This document shows positions 14,947 through 26,866 of a stretch of 52,918 nt of DNA, piece by piece. Source of the DNA: Octopus sinensis (Eukaryota); the NCBI RefSeq assembly GCF_006345805.1, contig NW_021833921.1:1-52918 (forward strand), written 5' to 3'. The notes beneath the pieces were generated by a model. The model searched no databases and was not told the DNA's origin. It was given only the letters and a program-made list of their open reading frames with translations. Positions within the stretch are counted from its first letter, which is position 1; every line of letters begins with the position of its first letter. Made by a program: the position numbers and the translations under genes.

Positions 14947-15338
14947 CCAGCAGTGTAACCCGGCGTTGCTCGGGTTCTTTTCGACCCTTTAGAATTGGAA
15001 TTTTTGAAAAGTAAAAATGTTGCATTATGTAGCTTGTTATTCTCTTAAAGTGAACATTTTTCTGGTTGAAATAAACCGAAAAATGGCGACACAACAATAA
15101 AAAAATCGTAAAAAATAGGGATTTACAAAGAAAAAGAAGCACCTTTTTGATGTAAATAATTTTTGGTGTTAACATGGTCCGATTTGAATTTTATCTGCTA
15201 CGGAATGAAGAGCAAGCCTTCTTCTATCATACTCTCAATTTTGGTCAACTTGCTCCGCAGGGTCTCGGAGGAGATAGTGTTAGTTGGAGGCTACCAAACC
15301 TGCCATACACAGACAACTTCAGCTTTATAACATAGAGA
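14947..15338 (-). mobile_element. Non-autonomous Helitron, copy 4 (different subfamily)
   Basis: Minus strand has 5' TCTCTATGTTATAAAGCTGAAG and 3' hairpin CCCGAGCAACGCCGGG followed by CTGG (CTRR). Confidence 0.72.
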
Positions 15339-15587
15339 TTTCACTTTCAATTCTTTTTTTTTTTATTTTCACCTGGTCATTTTAAGAAAGTTTACTAATA
15401 TACTCTGTTACAAAATACTGGTCCCCAGATACCGGAACCATGCAATTGGTTATTGGTGTAATTTATAGAGATTTTCGTCTCAAATTGCCCACTGCCGGCC
15501 TCAATTTCATTATCTTCACTGTAGAATATGTTATTTTCTAAATCTATTTCATCATCGTCAACTTCAATGTCGTCAACGTAAGACATA

Positions 15588-15710
15588 CTCTTTTACTTAT
15601 TTCAGTCATGTGACTGAGGCCATGCTGGAACACCGCCTTTAGTCGAGCAAATCGACCCCGGGACTAATTCTTTGTAAGCCTAGTACTTATTCTATCAGTC
15701 ACTTTTGCCA
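15588..15710 (-). mobile_element. SINE 3' fragment (same family as 1-116)
   Basis: Reverse complement of the tail at 1-116 and 41385-41510. Confidence 0.75.
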
Positions 15711-15857
15711 TATCGACTGGCCTCCGTGCCGGTGGCACACAACAAACACCATCCGATTGTGATTTATAGTCGCGCACTCGCGTTAAGATTGACTAGTCAC
15801 GACTAGCTAGCACCGGGACCTCGCTTGTAGAAAAGTACCGATATATATATACAGATA

Positions 15858-16360
15858 TATGATTTTTTTCTTTTAACTTTCTCAACACATCGAAACAAAT
15901 AAATGTACATAATACGACACATATATAATAGAAATGTTTAAATAAATACTTACATAGTAATAGATATGGAGAGAAAGAGTGAACGAGGAAGATGTGAGAA
16001 CTGGAGTCAGAGTGGACAACGACAGCTTCAAGAGAATTTCTAGGTTTCTACAACAAACGTTAATTAATATTTTTCAGGTCCACATAATCGTAAATGCTGT
16101 ATCTGTTTGTTTAGACAGTTAATTACCAATTATTTGTATATATTTGATTGGATTTTCTCTTAAATATCAGTTGTCAAGAGGAACTGATCAAACAATCAAG
16201 GTGCGTGAGAAACAAGAACAAGAAATACACTTAATGAGGAAGAGTTTTTACAATGAAGAACGGGAACTAACTCCAGTCTTCAAAGAATTGCGGCTCTACT
16301 TTAATAGATTTTGGATTTTGTGAAAGAGATTTCTTCAATATTCGGCTTCATCACTGTTAT
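15858..16360. repeat. Segmental duplicate of 26146-26646 and 52408-52912 (ZNF upstream region), fused to the Gypsy LTR end
   Basis: Near-identical ~500 bp (TTTTAACTTTCTCAACACATCGAAAC...CAATATTCGGCTTC) present three times in the same orientation. Confidence 0.92.
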
Positions 16361-16861
16361 GTGTTGTTTCGTTCTAATGGGATAGACAACTTAATACGAA
16401 GCATAGTTATTCTTTTACGTGTTTATTTACTTTTTCATGTTACAAGAACTGGACTACATTCAGCACAGCGACACTTATATAACTCTAGACACAGCGTAGT
16501 AATACTTATAAAATAGTGCCAAAAGCGGGGAAGCATTCCACGCACGCACGCCCACGCATATATATGAATGTGTAACATCCCTTCTTCTTGAAAAAAGGGT
16601 TCTTTTGGCAATGAAGACAAATATAGTAGTCTTCCTTACTCTAATGGATTGTCAGCGTGAGGTGGCACTCCTGCAGCAGAAACCATGAGATTATTCTGCC
16701 TCTGCTTTGTAATCGAGCAGAATTAGTTACTTATCTTTTCATTATTTTTCTTCTTTTCTTTTGAAAAAACTTTATCATGAACAAAAAGAGAAAATATTTT
16801 TTCTTTAACGGTATCGAACCGGTGGCAGGATGTTCTTTTTCCATCTGGTTGATCTTGTGCT

Positions 16862-19051
16862 TCACACCGGTGTCTGAGGTGTGTTGTTGGGCTGCTGATG
16901 GGTGGTTGGTGCCCATTGGGATGATGATTCTGTGGGTGTTGTCACTGATGCAGTAGGTGTTGTACTCGTTGTCTGCTGATGGGTGGTTGTTACATTTATA
17001 ATGTGGTGGACCTTTATGCTTAGTCCTTCCATCTCCTGTTTATCATGTGAGGATAGTCTGGAAAGAACATCCGCCAATATCAGGTCTTTTCCTGGCTTGT
17101 ACCTGATATCATAGTCGTAGGTTTGAAGCCGTAACAGTAATCTTTGCAGTCTGGCTGGTGCTTTTGTCAGGTTCTTTCTATGTATTTGTTCTAGCGGTCG
17201 ATGGTCTGTTTCAATATTGAAATATCTTCCATACAGGTATGTATGGAACTTTTCACATCCATATACTACTGCCAGGAGTTCCCTTTCAATATTTCCGTAC
17301 ATTGTCTCTGTGGGCGAGAGAGCTTTCGAGGCATATGCAATGGGCTTACCTTCCTGTATCAGTGCTGCGCCAACTCCTCTCATAGAAGCATCGACTTGGA
17401 GTGTTACTGCTTTGCGTCTGTCATAGTATTGCAGAGTTGTCTCCTTACTGATGAGCTTTTTGATTGCTTTGAAATCCTGTGTGTGTGAAGCACACCAATC
17501 AAACTCTACGTCATCTTTGTTTAGTTCTCGGAGATGTGCAGTGTGATCGGCCAGCTTGGGCATGAAGGCTCCCATGTTGTGAATGAGTCCTAGGAAGCTC
17601 CTGAGTTCCTTCTTGTCTTTAGGTTCTTTGATGTCTCTGATGGCTTCCACTTTAGTGGGGTCTGGTTTCACTCCCTCTGCAGAGTATATAATTCCAAAGA
17701 ATTTGCACTCCTTTGCTTTGATCACACACTTGTCTGCATTGAGTTTGATGCCTGCTTGTCGGGTTTTCTCCATAGCTTCATGTAAATTGAAGTCATGTGT
17801 GGTCTCATCCTTGCCATGCACTTGGATGTCATCTGCTATTCCAATTGCTCCCTTGCAGCCTTGGTAGGTCTCATATATTTGGCACTGGTAAACATCTTGG
17901 CTCACCTTCAATCCAAATGGGAGTCGGTTGAATCGATATCTGCCAAATGGTGTGTTGAAGGTAGTGAGCATGGATGACTCTTTGTCTATCTTTACATTCC
18001 AGTACCCATTACTGGCATCCAGTTTGCGGAATAATTTGGACCCAGTCAATGATGGTGGGATTTCTTCAAGGGTTCGAATTGGATGGTACTCTCTTTTTAA
18101 TGCCTTGTTCAGGTCCCTTGGGTCGAGGCATATCTGTAGGCTACCATTGGGTTTTTCTTTGATTACAATTGAATTCACCCTGTCTGTTGGTTGTGTCACT
18201 TTGGTGATTATTTCTTTTTTTTCCATTCTGTCCAACTCTGTCTTCAGCTTCTCTTTTAGTTCTAGAGGGACGCGGCGAGGTGGGTGAACAATTGGTTTGA
18301 TATTGGGGTCGACTGTTATATGGTATCTACATTTCACAAAGCACCCGACTGTATCGTCAAAGCATTCAGGGTACATGCTTATCAGTTCTTCTTTGTTTGT
18401 GATTGGTGGTCGGTCTTTGATAGGCATATCTCTGTCAATCCTGCTCGGAGTTGCCTTCACTTCAACATTGATTGACACAATATTTAGCTTTTTGCAGGTA
18501 TTGAGTCCAAGAATTGCTTGACCTTCTGTTGTTGTGACATAAAAAGAACACTTGATTGTTTTTCCTTTGTGTGTCCCTGTGATTGTTGTTTTGCCCAGTT
18601 GTGGAATCCTGGTACCTCCGTACGCAGTGAGGATTACATCATTTGGTGTGAGGACTCCTTCTTTGATTTTATCCTCTCGTGTCATGTGTTCTGGGAACAC
18701 CTTTTTGTAGAGGTTGACAGGCAAGATATCACTCTGGGCTCCAGTCTCAATCTTCAGCCTTAAGTCAATGTTTATTCGTTTCTTGCCAGACTTCTTTTGT
18801 ATTCTTATTGTTGTGTATGCCTCATTTTTTTTCTTGTCGCCATTTCCCATCTCATGCACATTTATTGTGCCGACTGCCAAGAATTCCTCCTCTGAGGTGT
18901 TTTGTTCCTGTAGTTGTGCATGTATATCTCTTTGTCTTCTCTTTGAAAATTGGGGCTTGTATTTCTGGGATTTTGCCAACCTACACATTTTTTCCCAGTG
19001 GTTAGGTTTTCCACATGCTTTGCAGTGTGTACCGAATGCAGGACATTTCAT
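16862..19051 (-). pseudogene. Gypsy zinc knuckle-protease-RT-RNase H polyprotein remnant
   Basis: 729-aa ORF with a CKACGKPNHWEKMC knuckle. The protease motif reads ETGAQ instead of DTGA. It ends in a Thr/Pro/Gln-rich tail. Confidence 0.88.
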
Positions 19052-19149
19052 CCGGTTATCGAACTCATGCTCTGTACCACAGTACTGGCATGTTCTTTGT
19101 TTGCGGGTATGTTTCGTCCTGTGCCTAGATACAATATCTACACTGCTGC

Positions 19150-19710
19150 CTAGTGAGCTTGTTTGTAAGGTGAGGCCATTTGTTTGGTAGTGGCTTCGAA
19201 TGTTCTTGCAGTGTCTACTGCTTCTATCAACTGGAGAGCGTCCATACCTATGAGGGATTTCTGAACTTCTTTATGAGCACACCCCCATATTAATTGATCA
19301 ACAATTCTTTTGTCCTTATCTTTGAATTTGCATTTTTCGGCAATGTTCTTTAGTCTGGACAGGAAATTGTCACTCGTTTCTTGTGGGTCTTGTTTCAGGA
19401 TCTGGAATTCGAATCTGTGAATTCTATGGTTCGATCTGGGCTCTAGGTGCCTTTCAAATTTCTCTAAAAGTGTGTCTGGGTTATTGCAATCCGATTCTGA
19501 CATGTCCCAGCTATTGAATTGGTCTAGGCCCTTCTCTCCCGTCCATAAAAGAATGTAGCTCACCTTTTCATCTTCAGTCGTGCCTTTCAGGAAACTTTTG
19601 AAAGCTAGTTGAGTTTTCTGTTTGAATTTCTTAAACGCTTCCACGATATCATCGGAGTCCCAGTTCATGTTTGGATGTAGATTCATCTGTACGGTGACGG
19701 GGGTCGCCAT
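19150..19710 (-). pseudogene. Gypsy gag capsid region (frameshifted from pol by a 4-bp deletion at ~19170)
   Basis: MATPVTVQ... is colinear with the uninterrupted ORF 34872-36395. Copy B reads GCCTCACTTACCTTACAA and copy A reads GCCTCACCTTACAA. Confidence 0.88.
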
Positions 19711-20519
19711 TTTTGATTCTCGTGTATGTGTGTCCGAAGACGAAGCGATGTTTTGTTTGTTAATTTCTGGTTCGTTGTTTCTGTTTTGTTGTAAAGGCAC
19801 AGTTTCCGATTAATCATTTACCGCTGCCACCATGTTATGTGTTGTATCCTTCTAATGGGATAAACAACCAATATGAAGCCATTGTTATTCTTTTACGTGT
19901 TTATTTACTTTTTCATGTTACACAAACTGGACTACATTCAGCGTAGTGATACATATATACTTTAGACACAGTTCGTACTGTTACTAACAAAATAGTGCCA
20001 AAAGTGCGGATGTATTCTACATACATATACCTGCATATACACATAGATATGAATGTGTAACACTGTGGTTTAAAGTTTGATCTTTCTTACCCATTTAGAA
20101 AACAATATTTGGAAGCTGTCATTTTGTTCATGTAAAAAAAGGGGTGTGAAATATCAAATTATTGTGATTTTGTACTTTTTATACAGAAATTCATACGATT
20201 CTGCAATACGTGACATAAAAAACTTTGTTCAATTAAAAACAAATTACTTTTAACTATGCACTGTCCATCACTATTTCCTCCACCACAACCATCATCTCTC
20301 TATCTCTGTGCCTTAAATCTCACCATCAGAACATCACCACTCTGCTAAAATTATATTGCTAACTTCTCTATATCATCAACTTCAACTAACGTTTTTAACG
20401 ATGTAATAAATATTATATGTATCCCCTATCACATATTATGTACACTTCTCTCTGTCCCTCTTTCTATCTTATTCTAATATATGGGTGCTTGAAACACTCA
20501 GATAAGAATTGCTAGGACC

Positions 20520-20872
20520 AGTATTCCATTTGGGATATGCTTTTGAAATGGAAAGAAGCATGCCCTTCTTTGGAAACGAATTGTGACTGAAGATGAAAAA
20601 TGGATTGCATGCTTAATGTTGTGCAAAACTGATCCTGGAGTTTGAAGAAATATCCCCCAAGCAACCAAAGATGAATATCCATGGCAACACACCTGTGCTT
20701 TGTGGGATCATAAAGGCATTGTTTATTACGACCTTCCCCATAAAACCAAACCATTAATTCTGATGTGTTCTGTCATCAACTGGCTAATTTGAACCAAAAT
20801 ATATCAAAGAACTGCGGCTGGAGATTACCAACAGAAAAGCATTAGTCTTCCAACAGGACAATGCCCGACCAT
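20520..20872 (+). mobile_element. mariner transposase relic (copies at 33697-34062 minus and 45981-46333 plus)
   Basis: KRIVT(E/G)DEKWI at ~20575-20610, WDHKGIVYYDL, TINSDVFC and LVFQQDNARP. These are the mariner D,D34D-family motifs. Confidence 0.82.
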
Positions 20873-22960
20873 TGTCAAAAAGAAAGGATTCACCCTATCT
20901 CCCTCATATTCCCTATAGTCTTCATTGTTATCATTTTTATGTCGTATGTTTTTTAAACCAATATTCTTTCACCAGATGCATTCTTAATTGAATTCTTTTC
21001 TTTTTGCTTTGCATCTTGTACAGATTTAAGTCTTTAATTTTATAAATATATATTTATATAATCTTTTAGCTGTTTATCCATTATCCAAAAACAAATGGTC
21101 CCGGTCACTAGTCATGGCCTCGGTGTCTAGTGAGGCAATGTATTGGGTTATTCCTGAAACCAAAACACTCTAAAGTGGAGCCTGTATTGTGTCTGCATCA
21201 AAAGATAGTCGCTCATCTGCTACTCACTGAAAACTGAAGGAAATTGGATTACGGTAATTACTTAATACACTTTATGCACAATTTTAGACACAGCACTCAT
21301 AAAATAAATATTCGCTCATATTTTTCCAGTTTTCTCATGAACAGAAAAAAATTACATTTTAAAATTTACATGGGCACAATTTCTTGTATACTAAAACAAA
21401 TACCTTATATGTAAAATATAGGGGTCAGAATTTAATGTAACTTTGCTTACTCTGAAAACCACATCAGTGGTAACTTGTAAGCCAAGGTGATGGGTCAGAG
21501 AGCCAATACACATTTCAATTTGTAGGTGTTGTAAAAAAAACTTTGTTCAAGTAAAAAAAACATTACTTTTCACTCTGTATTCACCATCACAACCACCACC
21601 ATCATGTCTCTCTCTACCTTTCTTTAATCTCTCCATCAGAACATTACCCACCTTCTAAAATTATATTCCTAACTCTCCTCTATATCTCAACCTTCAACTA
21701 AATATGTCCCCCTATCACGTCATGCACGCTTCTCTCTCTTCCCGTCTCACTCATGGCCTTATCCTTTCTCTCCAATCACATGAAAGTGTTACTGACGACC
21801 TAAGTAATGTAATGACAAGCAGAATTATTATAAGACCACCTTCCTTTACTTTCCCCCCCCCTCACCCCACTACTCTAACTAACATAAATACACAAGTTGA
21901 ACAAAGAAGCTTGTGATTACATATATACACGTACATTATTTTTGTGGGAGGTTTGGATAATATTTTTTGCAAGGTTATTACAAATCACACAAGGAGACCG
22001 GAGAAAAGTTTGATATTATTTATTCAGCATTACATGTGTTTCATTTCCTAATAGGAATCAAAATATTTTACATGTGTAGAAAACATGTAAGATATTTCCT
22101 ATAAGAAATTCTTCAGACATACATGTGTCTGTATGTGTGTGTACCCTTGTCCAGATATTATGTGATGTTCGTAAAGGGCCATCATGACCGTCATACTTGT
22201 GCAGTTGTTCACTTCCAGTCTTCTGTGTAAAATATGTCTCACCAGGGAAAATATTTCCTTGCTTGGAAACAGGTGAGGATTGGTCACAAGAAAGGTACCC
22301 AGATGTAGAAAATCTGCATCAATGAATTCCATCTAATCCACAGAAGCAAGAATAGGAGAATGTTAAATGATGAGGATCATCATCATCGTGGTTCCTCTTC
22401 TGTATCAATGCATTTACATTTCAATAATTGATCATTTTCATAGATTGATTTAGCACAAATAGCTAAGGCTACAGTTATATCTTTCATATTAATAGGACTG
22501 TACAAACAATTCACCATTTTGAAAGAATGATTCAGGTTTAACATCACAGTGATAGGTTTTCCTTCCTCTGTCAATGCTCTTTTGATTCAATAATGGATGA
22601 TTTCATGTCAAAGATTTACCATAGATGTTCATATAGTTTCTATATTCTGTGGATGTCTTTATGAGATACGTCCTTTGTCCTTCTGAGGAAATGTTGTACA
22701 ACAAATATCACTGTGTTATGGACCCACTTCATAAGGAAAGACTTCTGTTTAAATCAGAAATGATTTTGTGTAAATGATTTGCCACAGATATCACTGTGAA
22801 TTGATTTTTCTTGAGTGTGAATGCATTTGTGTATAGCTAAGTGACTGTTTCCAGAGAACATCTTACCATAGATATCACAGGGTTTCTACCCTGTATGAAT
22901 ACGGTTGTGGTGAGTTAAGCCACTGTTCTGAGAGAAAGGTTTACCACAGATATTACAAGG

Positions 22961-23830
22961 TTATGGTTCCGCCCCTGTATGAATATGCTTGTGTCTAGTT
23001 AAGCTACGGCTTTCAGAGAATGATGTACCACAGATATCACAGGTATATGGTTTCTCACCTGTATGAATCCATTTGTGAGTAGTTAAGCTACCGCTATAAG
23101 AGAATGATCTTCCACAGATATCACAGGAATATGGTTTCTCTTTTGTATGGATACTTTTGTGTTGAGTTAAGCCACTGTCCTGAGAGAATGACTTACCACA
23201 GATATCACAGTGATATGGTTTCTCCCCAGTATGAATACGTTTGTGTTTCGATAAGCTACCGCCACTACATAATGATTTACCACAGATATCACAGTTATAT
23301 GTTTTGTCAACTGTATGAATACGTATGTGAAGAGCTAAGCTATGATAACGAGAGAATGATTTACCACAGACTTGACAGCAATATGGTTTCTCCCCTGTAT
23401 GAATACCTTTGTGTCGAGTTAAGCTACTGCCATCAGAGAATGATTTACCACAGATATCACATTGATATGGTTTCTCCCCTGTATGAATACGCTTGTGTTT
23501 GGTTAAGCTACTGCCATCAGAGAATGATTTACTACAGATATCACAGTGATATGGTTTCTGCCCTGTATGGACTTGTTTGTGAATAGCTAAGCTTTGAGCA
23601 TGAGAGAATGATTTACCACAGATACTACAGTGATATGGCTTCTCCCCTGTATGAATACGTTTGTGACGAGCAAAGCTACTCCTGTCAGACAATGATTTAC
23701 CACAGACAGTACAGTGATATGGTGCTTCCCCTTCATGAATTTGTTTGTGTTGATTGAATTTACTTTCTTCTAAGAATGATTCTTTGCAGATGTCACAGTC
23801 ATATGATGATTTTGTTAATTCTTCCGACAT
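22961..23830 (-). CDS. C2H2 zinc-finger protein A (289 aa, 10 tandem fingers, no effector domain)
   Basis: Uninterrupted ORF from ATG ([15 protein letters not shown]) with TGEKPY linkers. Decayed fingers continue beyond the TAA to ~22750. Confidence 0.85.
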   Translation of the reverse strand: MSEELTKSSYDCDICKESFLEESKFNQHKQIHEGEAPYHCTVCGKSLSDRSSFARHKRIHTGEKPYHCSICGKSFSHAQSLAIHKQVHTGQKPYHCDICSKSFSDGSSLTKHKRIHTGEKPYQCDICGKSFSDGSSLTRHKGIHTGEKPYCCQVCGKSFSRYHSLALHIRIHTVDKTYNCDICGKSLCSGGSLSKHKRIHTGEKPYHCDICGKSFSQDSGLTQHKSIHTKEKPYSCDICGRSFSYSGSLTTHKWIHTGEKPYTCDICGTSFSESRSLTRHKHIHTGAEP

Positions 23831-24254
23831 CTCTTCAAGAAAAATGAAATCAATCCTTCAAGTTGTACAGATCAACAACTTTTCAATAATATTTTTCCTC
23901 TCACCAAAATTTATGGATATTTTGCTTCTTTTGGCTTTTATAGTTTATTCCAAACAAATATCACTTCTCTTATATTTCTTCTAAATGTGGTCAATGCCAA
24001 TACTAAAAAATGTCACAAATACTGTTTCAAAATCTATCAAAGTATATTTAAAAGAGAAAATTATCTCTTGCACATTTCAGAAGTAAAGAAATGCTTTCTC
24101 TCTCAGAGGAAATATTTTACTGTAATTCAGCAATGTTTTCTAGAAGCAGGATTATACGTTTGTAGAATATCTTTGCAGAGTCTTTCAAACATGATACATA
24201 TTGATGATTCTTTAAAAGTAAAAAATACTTTTTAGCCAATTTCACGTGATTTTT

Positions 24255-24285
24255 CTGAAAGAATAGAAAAAATAATATAAGACAT
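24255..24285 (-). other. Putative 3' splice acceptor of the ZNF coding exon (also at ~42077 and ~49738)
   Basis: Minus strand TTATATTATTTTTTCTATTCTTTCAG|AAAATCAC is conserved in three paralogues, ~260-425 bp upstream of the start codon. Confidence 0.6.
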
Positions 24286-24482
24286 CAAGTATGTTTAAAA
24301 GGCAGATATTCAAAACTGCAAATTTACGACATTTCTGTTTTCATAAATTGTAGAAGTAATTCTTTATTTGAACCATTAAATTTATCCAATTTCTGCATTA
24401 CCAAAATGTTTATAAATCTAATATACCAACTCCTGGAATATAAAGTCTGTCATAGACACACTTCCACACACACACCAATATA

Positions 24483-24859
24483 CACTTGCGTCAGAAATTA
24501 ATTAGCACTTCTCAAATTTCTACATTAAATAGGTTAAATCAATTGACCTATGAGCTGTTCAAAACGTCTTACGCGATGAGAAACCTTAGTATGGTGTGAT
24601 TTCGGTCCTTGCGAGGCGCTACCTATATCTATTAAACAAAGGAAGATTTGTCTGCATCCGCACTCCAAGTTGTTGCACTGCTATGTCAACATCATAACGC
24701 TGTAGACTCTCAAACTGCTCTGCAAACAAAGTTACGTCATCGTTCTGCGCAACAGTGAACTCGCAACAAAGCAATAGTTCGAGATATGGCCACTAGGTGA
24801 CAGCACATACCTTGAGTGAAGAGCAAATCAAGGGTGCTAATTAATTTCTGACGGTAGTG
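24483..24859. mobile_element. Tc1/mariner-type MITE, 377 bp, 26-bp TIRs, TA target duplication
   Basis: TA-CACTTGCGTCAGAAATTAATTAGCAC ... GTGCTAATTAATTTCTGACGGTAGTG-TA. The paralogous empty site CAATA-TA-CATATAAATGACAC is at 49921-49941. Confidence 0.92.
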
Positions 24860-24947
24860 TACATATAAATGACACTAGATTTCTGATGTTTTCATTGCAG
24901 TCTTGTATCTTTGTTTGCTAAAACAGACATCGCTCTTTCTCTACCTT

Positions 24948-25245
24948 CATCATCATCGTTTAACATCTGCTTTCCACGCTGGCATGGGTTGTGAGGTTTG
25001 ACTGAGGACTGGCAAGCCATGAGGCTGAACAAGGTTTCAATCTTATCAGGCAAGATTTCTACAGCTGGATGCTGTTTGAGCGTGTAGCAGTTGCCTTTCA
25101 TGTGCCACAGAGCCAGTCAGGTAGTATTGGCATCGACCATGCCTGAATGGTGCTTTGTATGTGCCACCGGCATGGGTGCAAGTCAGGCAGCACTAGCATC
25201 AATCATGCTCGAATGGTACTTTTTACATGCCACTTGCATGGGAGC
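24948..25245 (-). mobile_element. Old RTE 3'-UTR fragment or RTE-related SINE (copy at 50014-50312)
   Basis: (CAT)nCGTTTAAC tail, TTTCTACAGCTGGATGC and GTGCCACCGGCA modules, all inverse of the RTE 3' UTRs at 3.2-3.6 kb and 32.7-33.1 kb. Confidence 0.7.
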
Positions 25246-26799
25246 CATATATACAAATACACACACACACACATATATATATATATACGGTTAGCTCAAC
25301 GTTAATATTTAGGTGAGCATAAAAGATGAATAAATGTCAGTAAATAATATTGATGTCTCACTAACAGCATCAAAATCCTTAGTGGGGTAATTTTAATGTA
25401 GGAAAAATTATTGGTTGATGTGGAGAATGAAAGCCAGATTCCTCCAAAGAGTTTGGCGCGTCCTGAAGAAGGCAACGTGATGTTGCTTGCCATTTCTTTC
25501 TGGGGGATGGCCTGGTCTATGTCTCCCCTCTTCCTGCAAGCCCAGAGGAACTTAAGCAGAGAATTATTACCATACTGGTCGTGAGATGTGCGAAAAATAA
25601 CAGCTAAATAGCTCATAAATCGCAGTTGATTTTTTTCTTTTTTTGGTTGCATGACCGAACGAATTCTCGAACGCAAAAATTTCTGAAAATTCCCCCAAAT
25701 AAAAATATGTGACGAGGGATTATATTAGGTGCTTAAAGCAACACTCAACACACAAAAATTAAATAAATTAGAAAACCATATTAGTTCTAACTTTTAATGA
25801 TGCAGAAGAACCACCAGAAATAAAGACTTCCTATGTCTCAAATAAAAGCTGTTCCATTTCCTCTCGAAACGATATTTGCTTTTCGTTTCAGTATTTCAAG
25901 TGCACACTCGTATTTTTATACATTCCCCATTTCTTACTAATTACGTCGTAATTTTCTCGTATTTAACGAAATTGTCAAATTTACACGTTAGAAAGAAAGA
26001 TAAATGTTATCTAAACAAGGGATTGATCCGACGTTTTTACAAATAATTTAGAAAATAACCAAAAGTGCAATGAAATGTCTAAAAGAAAACGACAACACAA
26101 TGAAAGTATTAAAATTACAGCCTTTCGTATAATTTCGTCTTAGTGAGATTTTTTTTCCTTTTAACTTTCTCAACACATCGAAACAAATAATGTACATAAT
26201 ACGACACATATATAATAGAAATGTTTAAATAAATACTTACATAGTAATAGATATGGAGAGAAATAGTGAAGGAGGAAGATGTGAGAACTGGAGTCAGAGT
26301 GGACAACGACAGCTTCAAGAGAATTTCTAGTTTTCTACAACAAACGTTAATTAATATTTTTCAGGTCCACATAATCGTAAATGCTGTATCTGTTTGTTTA
26401 GACAGTTAATTACCAATCATTTGTATATATTTGATTGGATTTTCTCTTAAATATCAGTTGTCAAGTGGAACTGATCAAACAATCAAGGTGCATGAGAAAC
26501 AAGAACAAGAAATACACTTAATGAGGAAGAGTTTTGGCAATGAACAAAGGGAACTAACTCCAGTCTTCAAAGAATTGCGGCTCTACTTTAATAGATTTGG
26601 TATTTTGTGAAAGAGATTTCTTCAATATTCGGCTTCGTCACTGTTATTGTTATTATCATCAACCCTTTTCCGATCTTTTCCGTTTTGCTGCTATGTGTGG
26701 AAATGTTCGAGTGTAGTGAAAATTTCAGTATTTCAGGAATCTTATAATTTTCCAGCTGAATTCCACGAGTTCGCTTTGATGCTGCTGTCTAAGATTCAT

Positions 26800-26866
26800 T
26801 GCACATGCGCAGAATGGAGTTACTTCCGGTTGCGCACCGGAAGTCTTCCTTATGCACATGTGCGGG
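26800..26866. promoter_or_regulatory. Candidate bidirectional core promoter: inverted ETS pair flanked by NRF1-like motifs
   Basis: ACTTCCGGT-TGCGC-ACCGGAAGT (26822-26844), TGCACATGCGCA (26800-26811) and TGCACATGTGCG (26853-26864). It lies in a CpG-richer island between divergent ZNF genes A and B. Confidence 0.62.

Larger units (their letters stand above)
16355..20062 (-). mobile_element. Ty3/Gypsy (Mag-like) LTR retrotransposon, copy A: two LTRs, gag-PR-RT-RNaseH, integrase deleted
   Basis: LTRs TGTTA...TAACA at 16355-16577 and 19833-20062. PBS TGGTGGCAGCGGT at 19820-19832 and PPT AAGAAGAAGGGA at 16578-16589. gag 19150-19710. pol ORF 16862-19051 with LQICLDPRDLN, LPFGL, IADD, DAS, ERELLAVV, ETDHRPL and ADVLSR. 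No HHCC/DDE integrase. Confidence 0.93.

Noticed and set aside
19152-19180. Programmed gag-pol frameshift in Gypsy A
   Set aside because: Copy B reads through in one frame. The A break is a 4-bp deletion.
22961-23830. 84-bp periodic repeats with variable interiors resembling a CRISPR array
   Set aside because: They are in-frame C2H2 finger codons in a eukaryotic context with no cas genes.
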